Shown: one piece after another, positions 6,707 through 16,537 of the stretch
How the letters are laid out: every line of letters begins with the position of its first letter
How positions within the stretch are numbered: the first letter of the stretch is position 1
From: an uncultured bacterium
Lineage (GTDB): Bacteria > Patescibacteriota > Minisyncoccia > Phycocordibacterales > UBA918
Reading direction: 5' to 3'
Length of the DNA: 37,281 nt
Assembly: GCA_937867625.1 (NCBI GenBank)
Contig: CALMKR010000111.1
Location: 1 to 37,281 of the forward strand
Position numbers and translations under genes: made by a program
Notes under the pieces: model-generated
Told to the model about the DNA's origin: nothing
Database searches by the model: none
The model's input: the letters and a program-made list of their open reading frames with translations, nothing else

Positions 6707-6914
6707 AGTGTTCTTACTACAAGATGACAAGGGCGAACAGCTTGAGACGTTCAGTCTTGACCAACATCTGGTGTCGTTGCTACGCACTGAGGTGGCAGCA
6801 TCGTTGTTCAAGCTTAGGTATGGTGAGACTATAAAAGTTATTGGATATAACCAACAACACTACACAATCACTGCAATGGGGTACGTAGAAAATAAAAAAC
6901 CCACTGGTGTTTAG
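6696..6914 (+). CDS. Hypothetical protein (72 aa)
   Basis: ORF overlapping the previous stop. No recognisable domain. Confidence 0.45.
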   Translation: MNTKVFLLQDDKGEQLETFSLDQHLVSLLRTEVAASLFKLRYGETIKVIGYNQQHYTITAMGYVENKKPTGV

Positions 6915-6922
6915 TCAGTGGG
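6900..6922 (+). terminator. Weak hairpin at the end of the early operon
   Basis: cccactg (6900-6906) pairs with cagtggg (6916-6922) and straddles the stop at 6912-6914. There is no following T-run, so it is weak as an intrinsic terminator. Confidence 0.2.
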
Positions 6923-6968
6923 CAGTACAAAAGTATCGTAGAGGTAGGCTAGAATACTCTGCATTAAG

Positions 6969-6996
6969 TTGCAAACTAGTTGACTCTTTATATAGT
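6969..6996 (+). promoter_or_regulatory. Sigma70-like promoter candidate upstream of the primase-helicase gene
   Basis: TTGCAA (6969-6974), a 16 nt spacer, then TATAGT (6991-6996), about 46 nt before ATG 7043. It overlaps a short inverted repeat, ttgac...gtcaa. Confidence 0.3.
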
Positions 6997-7042
6997 GTCA
7001 ATCAATTCTTTTCATTCAATTTAAATTAAAGGTAGGACAAAT

Positions 7043-9403
7043 ATGCAAATTCAAATACTGGGATTGCGCGATTATTATGATCACAGGCGCAAGATGAACA
7101 GGAAGTCTACTCGATTCTTTGAGAATGGGTGGAGATTAAACAGCATACAGGAAGTATTCGGTCCAGAGTGTATTGAGTTAGTGAACAAAATTCCAGAGCA
7201 TCAAAGGTTTAACCTATACTATACAGCAGCGCATTGCTTTGAAGATAATAAACGACGCATGTATGAGATGCACATTATACCATTTGATATAGATAACATA
7301 GAGTACAATGAAGGGTACAAGGATACATGCATGGCTGTGGCTAACTGTGTAGCTAGAGCCACGGGTGTACCAGTGGATAGGTTAGGTGTTCTATTTAGTG
7401 GTAATGGGGTACAAGTTATAGTTAACATAACTACTCCAATAGTAGATGTTGCTTACTTTGATCAGTATAGAAAACACTATGGTGTTATATGCGCGAAGCT
7501 TGAAGCTGAGCTGCGTACAGCAGGTATTAAAGGTGAGGTGGACCCAACTGTATTCGATGATGCCAGGATTCTAAGGTTACCACACACGTACAATGAGAAG
7601 AAAGACAAGCCTAAGCGTATGGCTGAGGTCATACAAGGAAGCGTCCAGCCAGTGGAGTGGGACATTGTAGGTATCTCTGGAATTGATGAAGCTAATGTAG
7701 AGGTATTATCAGATGCAGTGCTAAAGAACTACGCGAAGCCTGACTCCGACGCAGTAGTACAGGAGTGTGGCTTCATACAACACTGCAAGAATAGCCCAGC
7801 GATTGTTAAAGAGTACGAGTGGTATGCTATGATCAGCATAACAGCAAGGCTTGATGAAGGTGAGAAGTTAACACATGACCTATCGGCTGGGCATCCACAA
7901 TATAATTCATTTGAAACAGAAGCAAAGATTCAACAGGCCCTAGCATCGGCAGGTCCTAGGACTTGCGCGAATATATCCACGATGTTTGAAGGGTGCAGGG
8001 ACTGCAAGCACTGGGGTAATGTCAAGAGTCCCATACAAATTAAGGGGCCAGAGTACATAGCTAGCCAAGACTTCGGGTATCGTGAGCGCACAGTGGACAG
8101 CAAGGGTAACGTCAAGTCTGGTAAGCCAGCCTTCAATGACATCATCAAAGCGTTCTCTGTCCTTTATAACTACCGAGTCATGAGCGATACCAAGCAGACG
8201 TACATCTTTAAGGACACCCACTGGGTTGAGTTCGAGGAGTTGTTTATACGGCAGTGGTTGGCTAATATAATTAAGCCTAGTCCTACTATGGCTGAGTCAC
8301 GCGAAGCACTATACAGATTACAATCTGCCAATGTGGTGGATCGTAACGAGTTCGCAAGCACAGCAGTGGGGATGTTGAACTTCACCAATGGTATCTACAG
8401 TATCAACGAGGACAAGTTGTACGAGCATGGACCTGAGTACGGGTTCTTCTACGTTATACCCTATGCGTATGATGCAGCTGCAACAAGTCCTAAGTGGGAT
8501 GCGTTCTTACTCCAGATCATGAACGGACGCCAGCACTTGGTTGACCTACTCATGGAGTACGCTGGTTACTGCCTTAGCTACGACTCATGCTGGGCGCAGA
8601 AGTGTTTGGTACTTAATGGCACTGGTAGTAATGGTAAGTCTGTATTCATGGAGACACTAGGTAAAGTAGTTGGCCCTAATAACGCCAGCTCCATACAACT
8701 GCAAGATATGTTGGGTAGTCCAACAGCACGATTCAATATGATGCACAAGATGTTTAACTATTCAGATGAAACAAGTAGCAAAGTGTTCAGGGAATCTGCA
8801 CTGTTTAAGTCACTGGTACAAGGTGGCACTATGGCAGTGAAGAAACTCTACGTTCAAGAGACACACGTAGAGAACAAGACTAAGCTTATCATATCATGCA
8901 ATGAAGTACCCAGCTCTAACGATAGCACACATGCTTTCTTCAGAAGGTTCATCATAGTACCATTTGATTTTGTTATTAGCCCCGATGATCCTGGGTTTAA
9001 CCCAAGGTTAAAGGAAGACCTATGGGAAACAGAACTACCTGGTATATGCAATGCGATCATTAGATCGTACAAGAAATTGATAGAGAATAAAAGATTTACA
9101 GATGCGCCCGAATCATTAGAGATGGTTCGTGAATTCCAAAGGGAGACCAACACAGCACAGCTCTTCGTAGAGGACTGCGTTGAATTTACAGAAAGCTTCG
9201 ATGACATAGTGGAGAACTCTTTACTATACCAACAGTACGTACTGTACTGTGAAATGAGTAACTATGATCCTTTGAATAGCATCGTGTTCTTCAGAAGGGT
9301 GCAGCGACTCCAAGGTATGAATACAAGGATGACTGAGATAAAAAGAATAAACAATAAAGCAGTGCGAGTTCGCACTCGAATGAAATTAAACAAAGAATGG
9401 TAG
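7043..9403 (+). CDS. Bifunctional AEP primase-polymerase / D5-P4-type SF3 helicase (786 aa)
   Basis: N-terminal AEP motifs are IPFDIDN (DxD), FSGNGVQVIV and ILRLPHTYNEK. Cys cluster CANISTMFEGCRDCKHW. C-terminal Walker A is LNGTGSNGKSVF, with a Walker B-like LIISCNE. The overall layout matches phage/plasmid P4-alpha/D5 primases. Confidence 0.9.
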   Translation: MQIQILGLRDYYDHRRKMNRKSTRFFENGWRLNSIQEVFGPECIELVNKIPEHQRFNLYYTAAHCFEDNKRRMYEMHIIPFDIDNIEYNEGYKDTCMAVANCVARATGVPVDRLGVLFSGNGVQVIVNITTPIVDVAYFDQYRKHYGVICAKLEAELRTAGIKGEVDPTVFDDARILRLPHTYNEKKDKPKRMAEVIQGSVQPVEWDIVGISGIDEANVEVLSDAVLKNYAKPDSDAVVQECGFIQHCKNSPAIVKEYEWYAMISITARLDEGEKLTHDLSAGHPQYNSFETEAKIQQALASAGPRTCANISTMFEGCRDCKHWGNVKSPIQIKGPEYIASQDFGYRERTVDSKGNVKSGKPAFNDIIKAFSVLYNYRVMSDTKQTYIFKDTHWVEFEELFIRQWLANIIKPSPTMAESREALYRLQSANVVDRNEFASTAVGMLNFTNGIYSINEDKLYEHGPEYGFFYVIPYAYDAAATSPKWDAFLLQIMNGRQHLVDLLMEYAGYCLSYDSCWAQKCLVLNGTGSNGKSVFMETLGKVVGPNNASSIQLQDMLGSPTARFNMMHKMFNYSDETSSKVFRESALFKSLVQGGTMAVKKLYVQETHVENKTKLIISCNEVPSSNDSTHAFFRRFIIVPFDFVISPDDPGFNPRLKEDLWETELPGICNAIIRSYKKLIENKRFTDAPESLEMVREFQRETNTAQLFVEDCVEFTESFDDIVENSLLYQQYVLYCEMSNYDPLNSIVFFRRVQRLQGMNTRMTEIKRINNKAVRVRTRMKLNKEW

Positions 9404-9732
9404 GTAGTATGAGTAAAGAATTAGATTGGTTTAGAGATAAGGTTGGCACAACAATAGGGGAAGCTTCTATGCTTTGGAGTGAGATACCCCATGGTGTGTT
9501 CAATAGTACGAAAGCACAGCTCCTTAGCGAACGTCTGCTAAATGATTACGAGGCACTGTTAACAAAGATTAGTTTGCTAAAGCAAGACTATGAATCATTG
9601 AAGAGATCACGAAGCGTGTTGTTTGAAACAGCAGAGAACATCATGGAATTAAATCACACAGTCAATAAAGAAAAGTATGATCTTGAGCAAGAGCTGTTCA
9701 AGTACAGGATGAAGTACGGAGAGTTAGTTTAA
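9397..9732 (+). CDS. Hypothetical coiled-coil protein (111 aa; alternative start at 9409)
   Basis: ORF overlapping the primase stop. Helical, heptad-like sequence. No domain recognised. Confidence 0.5.
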   Translation: MVGSMSKELDWFRDKVGTTIGEASMLWSEIPHGVFNSTKAQLLSERLLNDYEALLTKISLLKQDYESLKRSRSVLFETAENIMELNHTVNKEKYDLEQELFKYRMKYGELV

Positions 9733-11174
9733 TGAGGCCTTTATGGAAGCACCAAGAACACGCACTTAGCATTGGTATGTGTGTTAGAGATCTTGCACTA
9801 TTTATGGAAATGGGTGTGGGTAAATCAAGAACGATGATTGAGATTCTCAGACGCAAGTACGCAGAAGTAAACAGGGTACGACGCACGTTGATATTCAGTC
9901 CTATCATAGTATGTGAGAACTGGAAGCGAGAGTTCGCTATGTACTCTAAGGTTAATCCGCGAGACATCGTCGTACTTACTGGACCTGGTAAGAAAAGAAT
10001 CCTAACACTTCTAAAAGAATTAGGACAAGATCTTAATGCCAACAAAATTATAATCACTAACTACGAAGCAGTGGAGAACGATGACATCTTTGCAATACTA
10101 ACCCAGTGGAATATAGAGATCATAGTATGCGATGAATCCCAACGACTCAAGAACCCCGACTCAGTACGCGCTAAGAAAGTGGTAACCCTTGCAGATAAAA
10201 CACAGCACAACTACATCCTAACAGGAACACCGATACTTAACTCAAGCTCTGACATCTTCATGCAGTTCAGGATATTAGACAGAGGTCTAACGTTCGGTAA
10301 GAACTTCTATACATTTAGACATGAGTACTTTGAAGACGAGAACGCACGACGCAAAGGCACACAAGGGTACTTCCCCAAGTGGGTTCCTAAAGCGCACACG
10401 TTTGCAGTGCTCCAAGATCTGATTAGTAAGTCAGCACTACGAGTACTTAAGTCTGAGTGTTTAGATCTACCACCACTGGTACGGCAGGTTGTGCAAGCAG
10501 AGATGAGTGCTGAGCAGAAGAGGATGTACAAGGAAATGATGAACGAGTATATCACCTGGCTCACTACAAAGAAGGAAGAACCACGCGCAGTAGTCGCCCA
10601 ACTTGCAGTCACTAAAGCACTGCGGTTACAGCAGATCGTTACTGGTTTTGCCAAGGATGAGAACGGTAGTGTGCACAGACTGGACAGTGTGCCGCGACTC
10701 AAGGTGTTGGAGGAACTACTAGTTGACCTGACTCCACACTCCAAGGTAATCGTATGGTCCATGTTTAAAGAGAACTACTTAATGATTGCAGAGTTGTGCA
10801 ACAAGTTAGGTATCAAGTATCGTGAGATCCATGGTGACATTAGCCACAAGGATAGAGAGCAGAACATGAAGGACTTTAGATCTGAACCTGACATTAAGGT
10901 TATGATAGCAAATCAAGCAGCAGGTGGGACAGGTATCAACCTAGTGGAAGCAAGCTACGCTATCTACTATAGCAAAGGGTTCAAGCTAGAAGATGACTTA
11001 CAATCGGAAGCACGAAACTACAGGGGTGGGTCAGAGATACACGACAAGGTTACAAGAATAGACATCGTAGCTAAGGGTACGATTGACGAATTGATTACAG
11101 AAGCATTAGCAAATAAACAATCCGTCGCAGATAATATTCTGGGATGGAACTTAAAGGAGGTAGGAAGTGAGTGA
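9732..11174 (+). CDS. SNF2/Rad54-family (SF2) helicase/translocase (480 aa)
   Basis: Motifs: MGVGKS (motif I), VCDESQRLKN (DExx box), LTGTPILNS (motif III), QAAGGTGINL (motif V) and QSEARNYRGG (motif VI). Confidence 0.9.
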   Translation: MRPLWKHQEHALSIGMCVRDLALFMEMGVGKSRTMIEILRRKYAEVNRVRRTLIFSPIIVCENWKREFAMYSKVNPRDIVVLTGPGKKRILTLLKELGQDLNANKIIITNYEAVENDDIFAILTQWNIEIIVCDESQRLKNPDSVRAKKVVTLADKTQHNYILTGTPILNSSSDIFMQFRILDRGLTFGKNFYTFRHEYFEDENARRKGTQGYFPKWVPKAHTFAVLQDLISKSALRVLKSECLDLPPLVRQVVQAEMSAEQKRMYKEMMNEYITWLTTKKEEPRAVVAQLAVTKALRLQQIVTGFAKDENGSVHRLDSVPRLKVLEELLVDLTPHSKVIVWSMFKENYLMIAELCNKLGIKYREIHGDISHKDREQNMKDFRSEPDIKVMIANQAAGGTGINLVEASYAIYYSKGFKLEDDLQSEARNYRGGSEIHDKVTRIDIVAKGTIDELITEALANKQSVADNILGWNLKEVGSE

Positions 11175-11643
11175 CGAAGAACAACTGGAGTTATGGGATG
11201 AACCCAAGACACCAGTGAGTGAGGACAAGCTTGAGCTATTGGATCAAACCATAGCAGAGCTACGCACGGCGCGTGAAGCACGCGACTTGGCAGAGTCTAA
11301 GTATAACATTGAAGCAGCATCGTGCAAGGTTATAGAAGACAAACTTATGGGACTGCTTAAAGCAGTGGGTAGGGATAGCTTCAAAACCCCTGGTATAGGT
11401 ACTGTATCTATCACGCATAGACAGAACTTCACGACGCCTAAGACAGGCGAAGACAAAGTAGCCTTGTTCAACTACATCAAGGGACAGTACGGTGAGGAAG
11501 TGCTACGCTCTATGGTAAGCATACACTCAGCAACTCTTAACTCGTGGGCTAAGAAGGAACTGGAAACAGGAGCATTAGTTATTCCAGGGTTAGGACAACC
11601 AACAGCAACAGAAATAATAGCGTTCAGAAAGGACACAAAATGA
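11167..11643 (+). CDS. Hypothetical replication-module protein (158 aa)
   Basis: Acidic N-terminus followed by a coiled coil. Its position between the helicase and the SSB-like gene resembles Gp157-type proteins of other phages, but I cannot verify this. Confidence 0.5.
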   Translation: MSDEEQLELWDEPKTPVSEDKLELLDQTIAELRTAREARDLAESKYNIEAASCKVIEDKLMGLLKAVGRDSFKTPGIGTVSITHRQNFTTPKTGEDKVALFNYIKGQYGEEVLRSMVSIHSATLNSWAKKELETGALVIPGLGQPTATEIIAFRKDTK

Positions 11644-11864
11644 GCAGAGAGAATTTCTTTATAAAGGTTCACACAATAGATACCGATAAGGTTAAAGGTT
11701 CGGAGGTATTACTCCATGCTGATCATATCGTAGCCATTGTTAACCTAGACAACAAGGGATCAACAGTATTAACAATCACTGGTGTAGTGTACACGGTTCG
11801 CGAAGCAGCTGCCAACATCATGGAGAAGCTAACGAAGTTTAACGTAGGAAGGGAATTAACATGA
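11640..11864 (+). CDS. Hypothetical protein (74 aa)
   Basis: ATGA overlaps on both sides. No domain recognised. Confidence 0.5.
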   Translation: MSRENFFIKVHTIDTDKVKGSEVLLHADHIVAIVNLDNKGSTVLTITGVVYTVREAAANIMEKLTKFNVGRELT

Positions 11865-12622
11865 GTAAAGATCTAGCAACTAAACAAGCAGGAGCCGTAA
11901 GCACAGACCTAGCAGAGTGGGGCAATGATGTGCACGTAGGTAAAGACCTACTGATATCTAAGGTGCTAACCATGCAGGCTATGAGTGAACTAGTAGTAGA
12001 GTCCGACGCCAAGATGGGCGAGTTCCGCGACTCAATCACTAAAGAACTCCTTGGTGATATCACCAAACCAGTAGCGTTCGTACCATTCCACTGCATTAAG
12101 AAGTGGGACATCTCTGAGTCAGAGAATGGAACAGACTTCAAGTGGGTCAAGTCAGTACCAGTAGTAGAAGATCCAACACATCCTGACTACAACGATAACT
12201 GGGAGTGGACAGTACAAGAAGCTAACAAGACTATCAAGCGTGTCAGACGCTTAGACTTCTTCTGCCTTATCGCAAGCCAGATTGGAAATGGTGGATTGCC
12301 AGTGACTATCAGCTTTAGATCTACTAGTTACAAGGCTGGACAGATCTTATTTAATCAGATGTATGTACGTAACAAGATGGTTAAGAAATCCCCAGCTGGT
12401 ATCGTTATGAACCTAGGTGGTATCAAGGATAAGAATGAGAAGGGTACGTTTGTGGTAACACAAGCAGTCCCACTACGCGATGCTACATCTGCGGAACAGA
12501 ATGAAGCATTGACTTGGTACAAACTAATCAAGACATCTACCGTTGTGGTTGATGAATCAGATAATACCAAGGGAACTTCACCTACACCAAACGTAGAAGA
12601 AGCTTCAGCTGGTAGGTTCTAA
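11861..12622 (+). CDS. Hypothetical protein, possibly a T7 gp2.5-like ssDNA-binding protein (253 aa)
   Basis: The size, the position in the replication module, and an acidic C-terminal tail ending in Phe (...VVVDESDN...NVEEASAGRF) are reminiscent of gp2.5-type SSBs. No motif-level proof. Confidence 0.55.
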   Translation: MSKDLATKQAGAVSTDLAEWGNDVHVGKDLLISKVLTMQAMSELVVESDAKMGEFRDSITKELLGDITKPVAFVPFHCIKKWDISESENGTDFKWVKSVPVVEDPTHPDYNDNWEWTVQEANKTIKRVRRLDFFCLIASQIGNGGLPVTISFRSTSYKAGQILFNQMYVRNKMVKKSPAGIVMNLGGIKDKNEKGTFVVTQAVPLRDATSAEQNEALTWYKLIKTSTVVVDESDNTKGTSPTPNVEEASAGRF

Positions 12623-13029
12623 TGAAGCAATGCAGAGCTGACCATTTACATACAGCATTTAAAAGAAATCTTTATTGGGTGGAAAAGGACGGCTCTGTAT
12701 GGTGCGCGGAAAAGAAGTGCGGATTTCATACAAGACCCTCGCATAAAATGAAGACAAAATACAGAACACACAAAGGTGCAGGGTACTATATAATTCAGAT
12801 ATGTGTAAATAATATTAAATTCTATTACCCTGTTCATCAGGTTGTATGGTCGTACTTTCATGGGACTCCAGTGGTTGGGCAAGAAATAAATCATATTGAT
12901 TGTGACAAAACAAACAACCGTATAAGTAATTTAGAAATAACAAGCAGAAAGGGAAATGCAATGCACGCATACATTAACAATCGTATGTTAAAAGAAAGAT
13001 GTAAGGTTACAGGAAGGATATTAAAATGA
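12622..13029 (+). CDS. HNH homing endonuclease (135 aa), free-standing
   Basis: EINHIDCDKTNNRISNLEITSRKGN is a classic HNH_3-type H-N-N/H core. The gene is AT-rich compared with its neighbours. It has a TAATG overlap upstream and an ATGA overlap downstream. Confidence 0.85.
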   Translation: MKQCRADHLHTAFKRNLYWVEKDGSVWCAEKKCGFHTRPSHKMKTKYRTHKGAGYYIIQICVNNIKFYYPVHQVVWSYFHGTPVVGQEINHIDCDKTNNRISNLEITSRKGNAMHAYINNRMLKERCKVTGRILK

Positions 13030-13781
13030 TTCTACTTTTAGATATCGAATCGACGGGCCTAAAGCCTGGGGTTGATCGTGTCGTTGAGTTAGGCATGATG
13101 GTAACATCTGAGGACTACACAGTTGTGCATAACAAGTATAGCAAATTGATTTGGGACGACACATATCCAGAGATGCTACCTGAAGTGACGGCAGTGAATG
13201 GCATCACTACTGATATGCTAAAGGGTAACAGCATACCACCATGGGTGGCTTGCGCTGACATCGAAGCGTTGATGTATTCATACGGAGTACGGTACATTAT
13301 TGCTTACAACGCACAGTTTGATAAAGAGTTCATTAGCAGAGAGATGCAGGTAGTTGGTAAGACTAAGTACCAGGACTACAAATGGTTATGTGCTATGGCA
13401 GATGTGAAGGCTAACATGAAGTGTTCTTCATGGAAGCTTATGCACGTAGCTCTTGATCATGGTGTGACTGTCAATCCAAAGGAACTACATAGAGCTATTA
13501 ACGATGTGGAGTTAATGAGGCAGATGCTTGTAGCAGCCGACGCTAGACCAACGGAGATGTACGCATATCAGCAATCACCTAACGTATACGTGCAAGCCCA
13601 TGTAAAGAAACCATGGGATGATGATGGTCTTAGTACACAGCAGGCTAAGAAACTAGGCTTCTCTTGGGAGAAGGCTCGTGGTGATAGCAGGATATTTCAA
13701 AAGACTTGGGTAAAAAGAATAAAAGAATGTGACCTATTAGAACAACAAGCCACGTTCCCATTTATAACAACAATCCTATAG
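13026..13781 (+). CDS. DnaQ/epsilon-like DEDDh 3'-5' exonuclease (251 aa)
   Basis: ExoI LLLDIESTGL, ExoII IAYNAQFDKEF, ExoIII HRAINDVE (Hx4D). Confidence 0.85.
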   Translation: MILLLDIESTGLKPGVDRVVELGMMVTSEDYTVVHNKYSKLIWDDTYPEMLPEVTAVNGITTDMLKGNSIPPWVACADIEALMYSYGVRYIIAYNAQFDKEFISREMQVVGKTKYQDYKWLCAMADVKANMKCSSWKLMHVALDHGVTVNPKELHRAINDVELMRQMLVAADARPTEMYAYQQSPNVYVQAHVKKPWDDDGLSTQQAKKLGFSWEKARGDSRIFQKTWVKRIKECDLLEQQATFPFITTIL

Positions 13782-13789
13782 GAGGATAT

Positions 13790-13960
13790 ATGATTAAAGA
13801 AACTACGATTAGAAAACCGATCAAGAAGCCAGTGAACTCACAGGTAACTTTTGCTACAGAGACTAACAAGAAGATCACTGTGGTATCTAAGAAGCTAGGA
13901 GTTACTCGCAGTAAACTGATTAACTCTATCGTGACAACAGCACTAGCTAAACGGAAGTAA
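13790..13960 (+). CDS. Small ribbon-helix-helix-like DNA-binding protein (56 aa)
   Basis: AGGAGG RBS (taggaggatat). QVTFATETNKKITVVSKKLGVTRSKLINSIVTTAL fits the beta-strand / helix / helix pattern of Arc/CopG proteins. Below the ORF-track cut-off. Confidence 0.5.
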   Translation: MIKETTIRKPIKKPVNSQVTFATETNKKITVVSKKLGVTRSKLINSIVTTALAKRK

Positions 13961-13977
13961 CAACCTGGAGGTAGGCT

Positions 13978-15663
13978 ATGTTTATTTCCATCGACACAGA
14001 AAGCACGGGCCTAGAGGAGAGTGACAGACCGTTCTGTGCAACTATCTCTGGGCAAGGGTTCGATGTGTACACTGAGAATCCAGAGGAGGCACGAAGCTTA
14101 GTTCATAGTGCCAATGGTTTGTATCTTCAGAATACTAAGTTCGACGCACGTATGTTATCCCACTGGGGTATCGACGTGTTCAAGAGACCAACGTATGACT
14201 GCGCGTTCATGTCTAGGATACTACGCAATGATCACTTGCAGTATAGCCTATCAGCTCAAGCTAAACGGCAGGGTATGGAGAAGTCCACTGCCGTTGATGC
14301 AGCTCTCAAAGCGGGTAACCACTACGAGCAGCGAAGGGATTACTTCGGTAGACCATATAAGGTTCCACGTTACGACCAAGTGGATAGGAATATTCTTAGG
14401 CAGTACGCGATCCTTGATTCAAAGATAACGTACAATCTTGGCACATACTATCATACAGTTGCAGATGCAAACGATCGTGTGGTAATGGATATGGAATCTC
14501 GGCTTACTCCAGTGTGCTACGCTATGGAGCGAAGAGGTGTGATGCTTAATAGAGAGTACACGCTTCGTGGTATGTACCATGAGAAGGCACTGCTAGATGG
14601 GTACAAGAAACAGTGGAAGGATAGAACAGGTGCTGACTTTGTTAACTCAGCTAAGTCTGTGAGTAAACACATTGCAGCATCCTTACCTCTAACAGATGAT
14701 AGTAACCCATCCCTAACTGACGATGTTATAGAAGAACTTCTACCAACTGTGTCTGAAGGTGACAAGGAACGGCTGCTCCTAGTGCGTAACATTAGAACAT
14801 ACGATAAGCGTATCAGTACATACTATGAGTCATACCTAAATAAGGCAGGGCTAGTGGATGACGTTGTACATCCCACTATGTGGCAAGCAGGTACACGTAC
14901 AGGGCGCTTTAGCTATAGTGATCCGAATCTTCAGAATATACCAAAGGAAGAGGATAGTGTTGAACCATTCGTTATCAGAGGGTGCTTCAGACCTAGACTT
15001 GGTTACTCTTTCATATCATTTGACTATAGTCAGATGGAGTACCGTATGCTCGCTGATTACGCAGGTGAGATGGACGTTATCAATGCAGTGGTAGCAGGGA
15101 AGGACTTCCACCAAGTCACAGCAGACATGTTTGGTGTAACGAGGAAGATGGCAAAGACTATCAACTTCGCTATTCTATACGGAGCAGGTGATGCAAAGCT
15201 TGCGTTGATGCTAGGTATCAGCGTACAGGAAGCACGACGCTTGAAGGATAAGTACTTTATGGCACTGCCAAAGGTTGAACGTTTGGTGAATGACATCATA
15301 TCAGTTGGCAGGGGTCGTGGCTTCGTGAACAATTGGATAGGTAGAAAGCTATACGCTGATAAAGAACACTGCTACGCTCTTCCTAATCACTTGATTCAAG
15401 GTGGAGGGGCTGACGTTGTGAAGCTTGCAATGATTCAGATAGCGGATTATCTTAAAGGAAAAGATGTTCACATGGTACTACAGATTCACGATCAGTTAAT
15501 ATTTGAGTATCCCAATGGCATGGATATGACCTACGCCAGGGGTATTAAAGAAATAATGGAGAACGAATACATTAGTAAGTCAGGTAAGATGAAGCTTACT
15601 GTGGACTGCTCTGTATCAGGAAATTCAATAGCAGAACGAGACATGAGAAAGGTTGCTCTATGA
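13978..15663 (+). CDS. Family A DNA polymerase with N-terminal 3'-5' exonuclease domain (561 aa)
   Basis: Exo motifs are ISIDTESTGL, NTKFDARML and YAILDSKITY. Polymerase motif A is FDYSQMEYRMLA, motif B is RKMAKTINFAILYGAG, and motif C is LQIHDQLIFE. Confidence 0.95.
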   Translation: MFISIDTESTGLEESDRPFCATISGQGFDVYTENPEEARSLVHSANGLYLQNTKFDARMLSHWGIDVFKRPTYDCAFMSRILRNDHLQYSLSAQAKRQGMEKSTAVDAALKAGNHYEQRRDYFGRPYKVPRYDQVDRNILRQYAILDSKITYNLGTYYHTVADANDRVVMDMESRLTPVCYAMERRGVMLNREYTLRGMYHEKALLDGYKKQWKDRTGADFVNSAKSVSKHIAASLPLTDDSNPSLTDDVIEELLPTVSEGDKERLLLVRNIRTYDKRISTYYESYLNKAGLVDDVVHPTMWQAGTRTGRFSYSDPNLQNIPKEEDSVEPFVIRGCFRPRLGYSFISFDYSQMEYRMLADYAGEMDVINAVVAGKDFHQVTADMFGVTRKMAKTINFAILYGAGDAKLALMLGISVQEARRLKDKYFMALPKVERLVNDIISVGRGRGFVNNWIGRKLYADKEHCYALPNHLIQGGGADVVKLAMIQIADYLKGKDVHMVLQIHDQLIFEYPNGMDMTYARGIKEIMENEYISKSGKMKLTVDCSVSGNSIAERDMRKVAL

Positions 15664-15965
15664 CACCAGATTTAACTATGTATAAATTGTTTAAAAAGCT
15701 TAAGGAAAAGTACCCATCTGTCATGGTGACTGTTACAGAGTTTGATATAATAAACGCTCCAGATCTAATCATGAATAACACTGGTTATGTACAGTTGGTA
15801 GAGCGTAAGTTCAAAGAGAAGGGCTTGCGCATTACCAGGTTCTCTCATAACTATAAGACTAATGAACTAGGGCTTGTGTTTCTCGCAGGGGATAGTGTGC
15901 TACAGAAGTCATTTGAAGTGCACGGATTGGTAGGGTACAATGTCACGAACACCGAAGAACTATGA
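15660..15965 (+). CDS. Hypothetical protein (101 aa)
   Basis: ATGA overlap with the polymerase stop. No domain recognised. Confidence 0.5.
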   Translation: MTPDLTMYKLFKKLKEKYPSVMVTVTEFDIINAPDLIMNNTGYVQLVERKFKEKGLRITRFSHNYKTNELGLVFLAGDSVLQKSFEVHGLVGYNVTNTEEL

Positions 15966-16242
15966 TGACCAACTCGTGGTTCTAGAAGACCATTTAATCC
16001 TAGGCTGGAGTATCAACGTATCTCTTCGCAGAGCTGGAATCTCGCAGCTTCAGTACTCAGCTTTACTAAAAGAAGACGAAAGACTCCAAGCTCTTGTAGC
16101 TAGGTATAGGAAGAGAACTACTACCAAGAATGGTGTGACCTACGAGCGCATCATGCACGCATCGGAACTTCTTCCTCCTGAACCAGAACCCACACTAGTG
16201 GAGTCATCCGAACTGGTATTACCAAGGGGGAGACATGGCTAA
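15940..16242 (+). CDS. Hypothetical protein with a possible helix-turn-helix (100 aa)
   Basis: ILGWSINVSLRRAGISQLQYSALLKED looks HTH-like. It overlaps both neighbours. Confidence 0.45.
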   Translation: MSRTPKNYDDQLVVLEDHLILGWSINVSLRRAGISQLQYSALLKEDERLQALVARYRKRTTTKNGVTYERIMHASELLPPEPEPTLVESSELVLPRGRHG

Positions 16243-16537
16243 GAAAAATCCAGAAACATTGTTCAAGGAAATAGTACAGCGACATCTGGCTGATATAGAA
16301 GACCTATGGGTAGTGAAGGTACAGCAGGTGACTCTTCGTGGTACACCTGACATGCTCATCTGCTACAAGGGTAGGTTCTTCGCGTGGGAATTAAAGACAG
16401 ACGTGGGCGTTGCATCGAAGCTTCAGCTACACACAATAAACAAAATAAACAAAGCAGGTGGGGTGGCACGAATTGTTACACCATCAAATTTTCAACAATG
16501 TTGGGAGGAGTTATTAAATGCAGATCAATCTAAATGA
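16235..16537 (+). CDS. VRR-NUC / PD-(D/E)xK nuclease (100 aa)
   Basis: GGGGAG RBS. RGTPDMLICYKGRFFAWELKT carries the G-x-P-D...E-x-K nuclease core. It is followed by Q...I...GG-A, as in VRR-NUC domains. Confidence 0.75.
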   Translation: MAKKNPETLFKEIVQRHLADIEDLWVVKVQQVTLRGTPDMLICYKGRFFAWELKTDVGVASKLQLHTINKINKAGGVARIVTPSNFQQCWEELLNADQSK

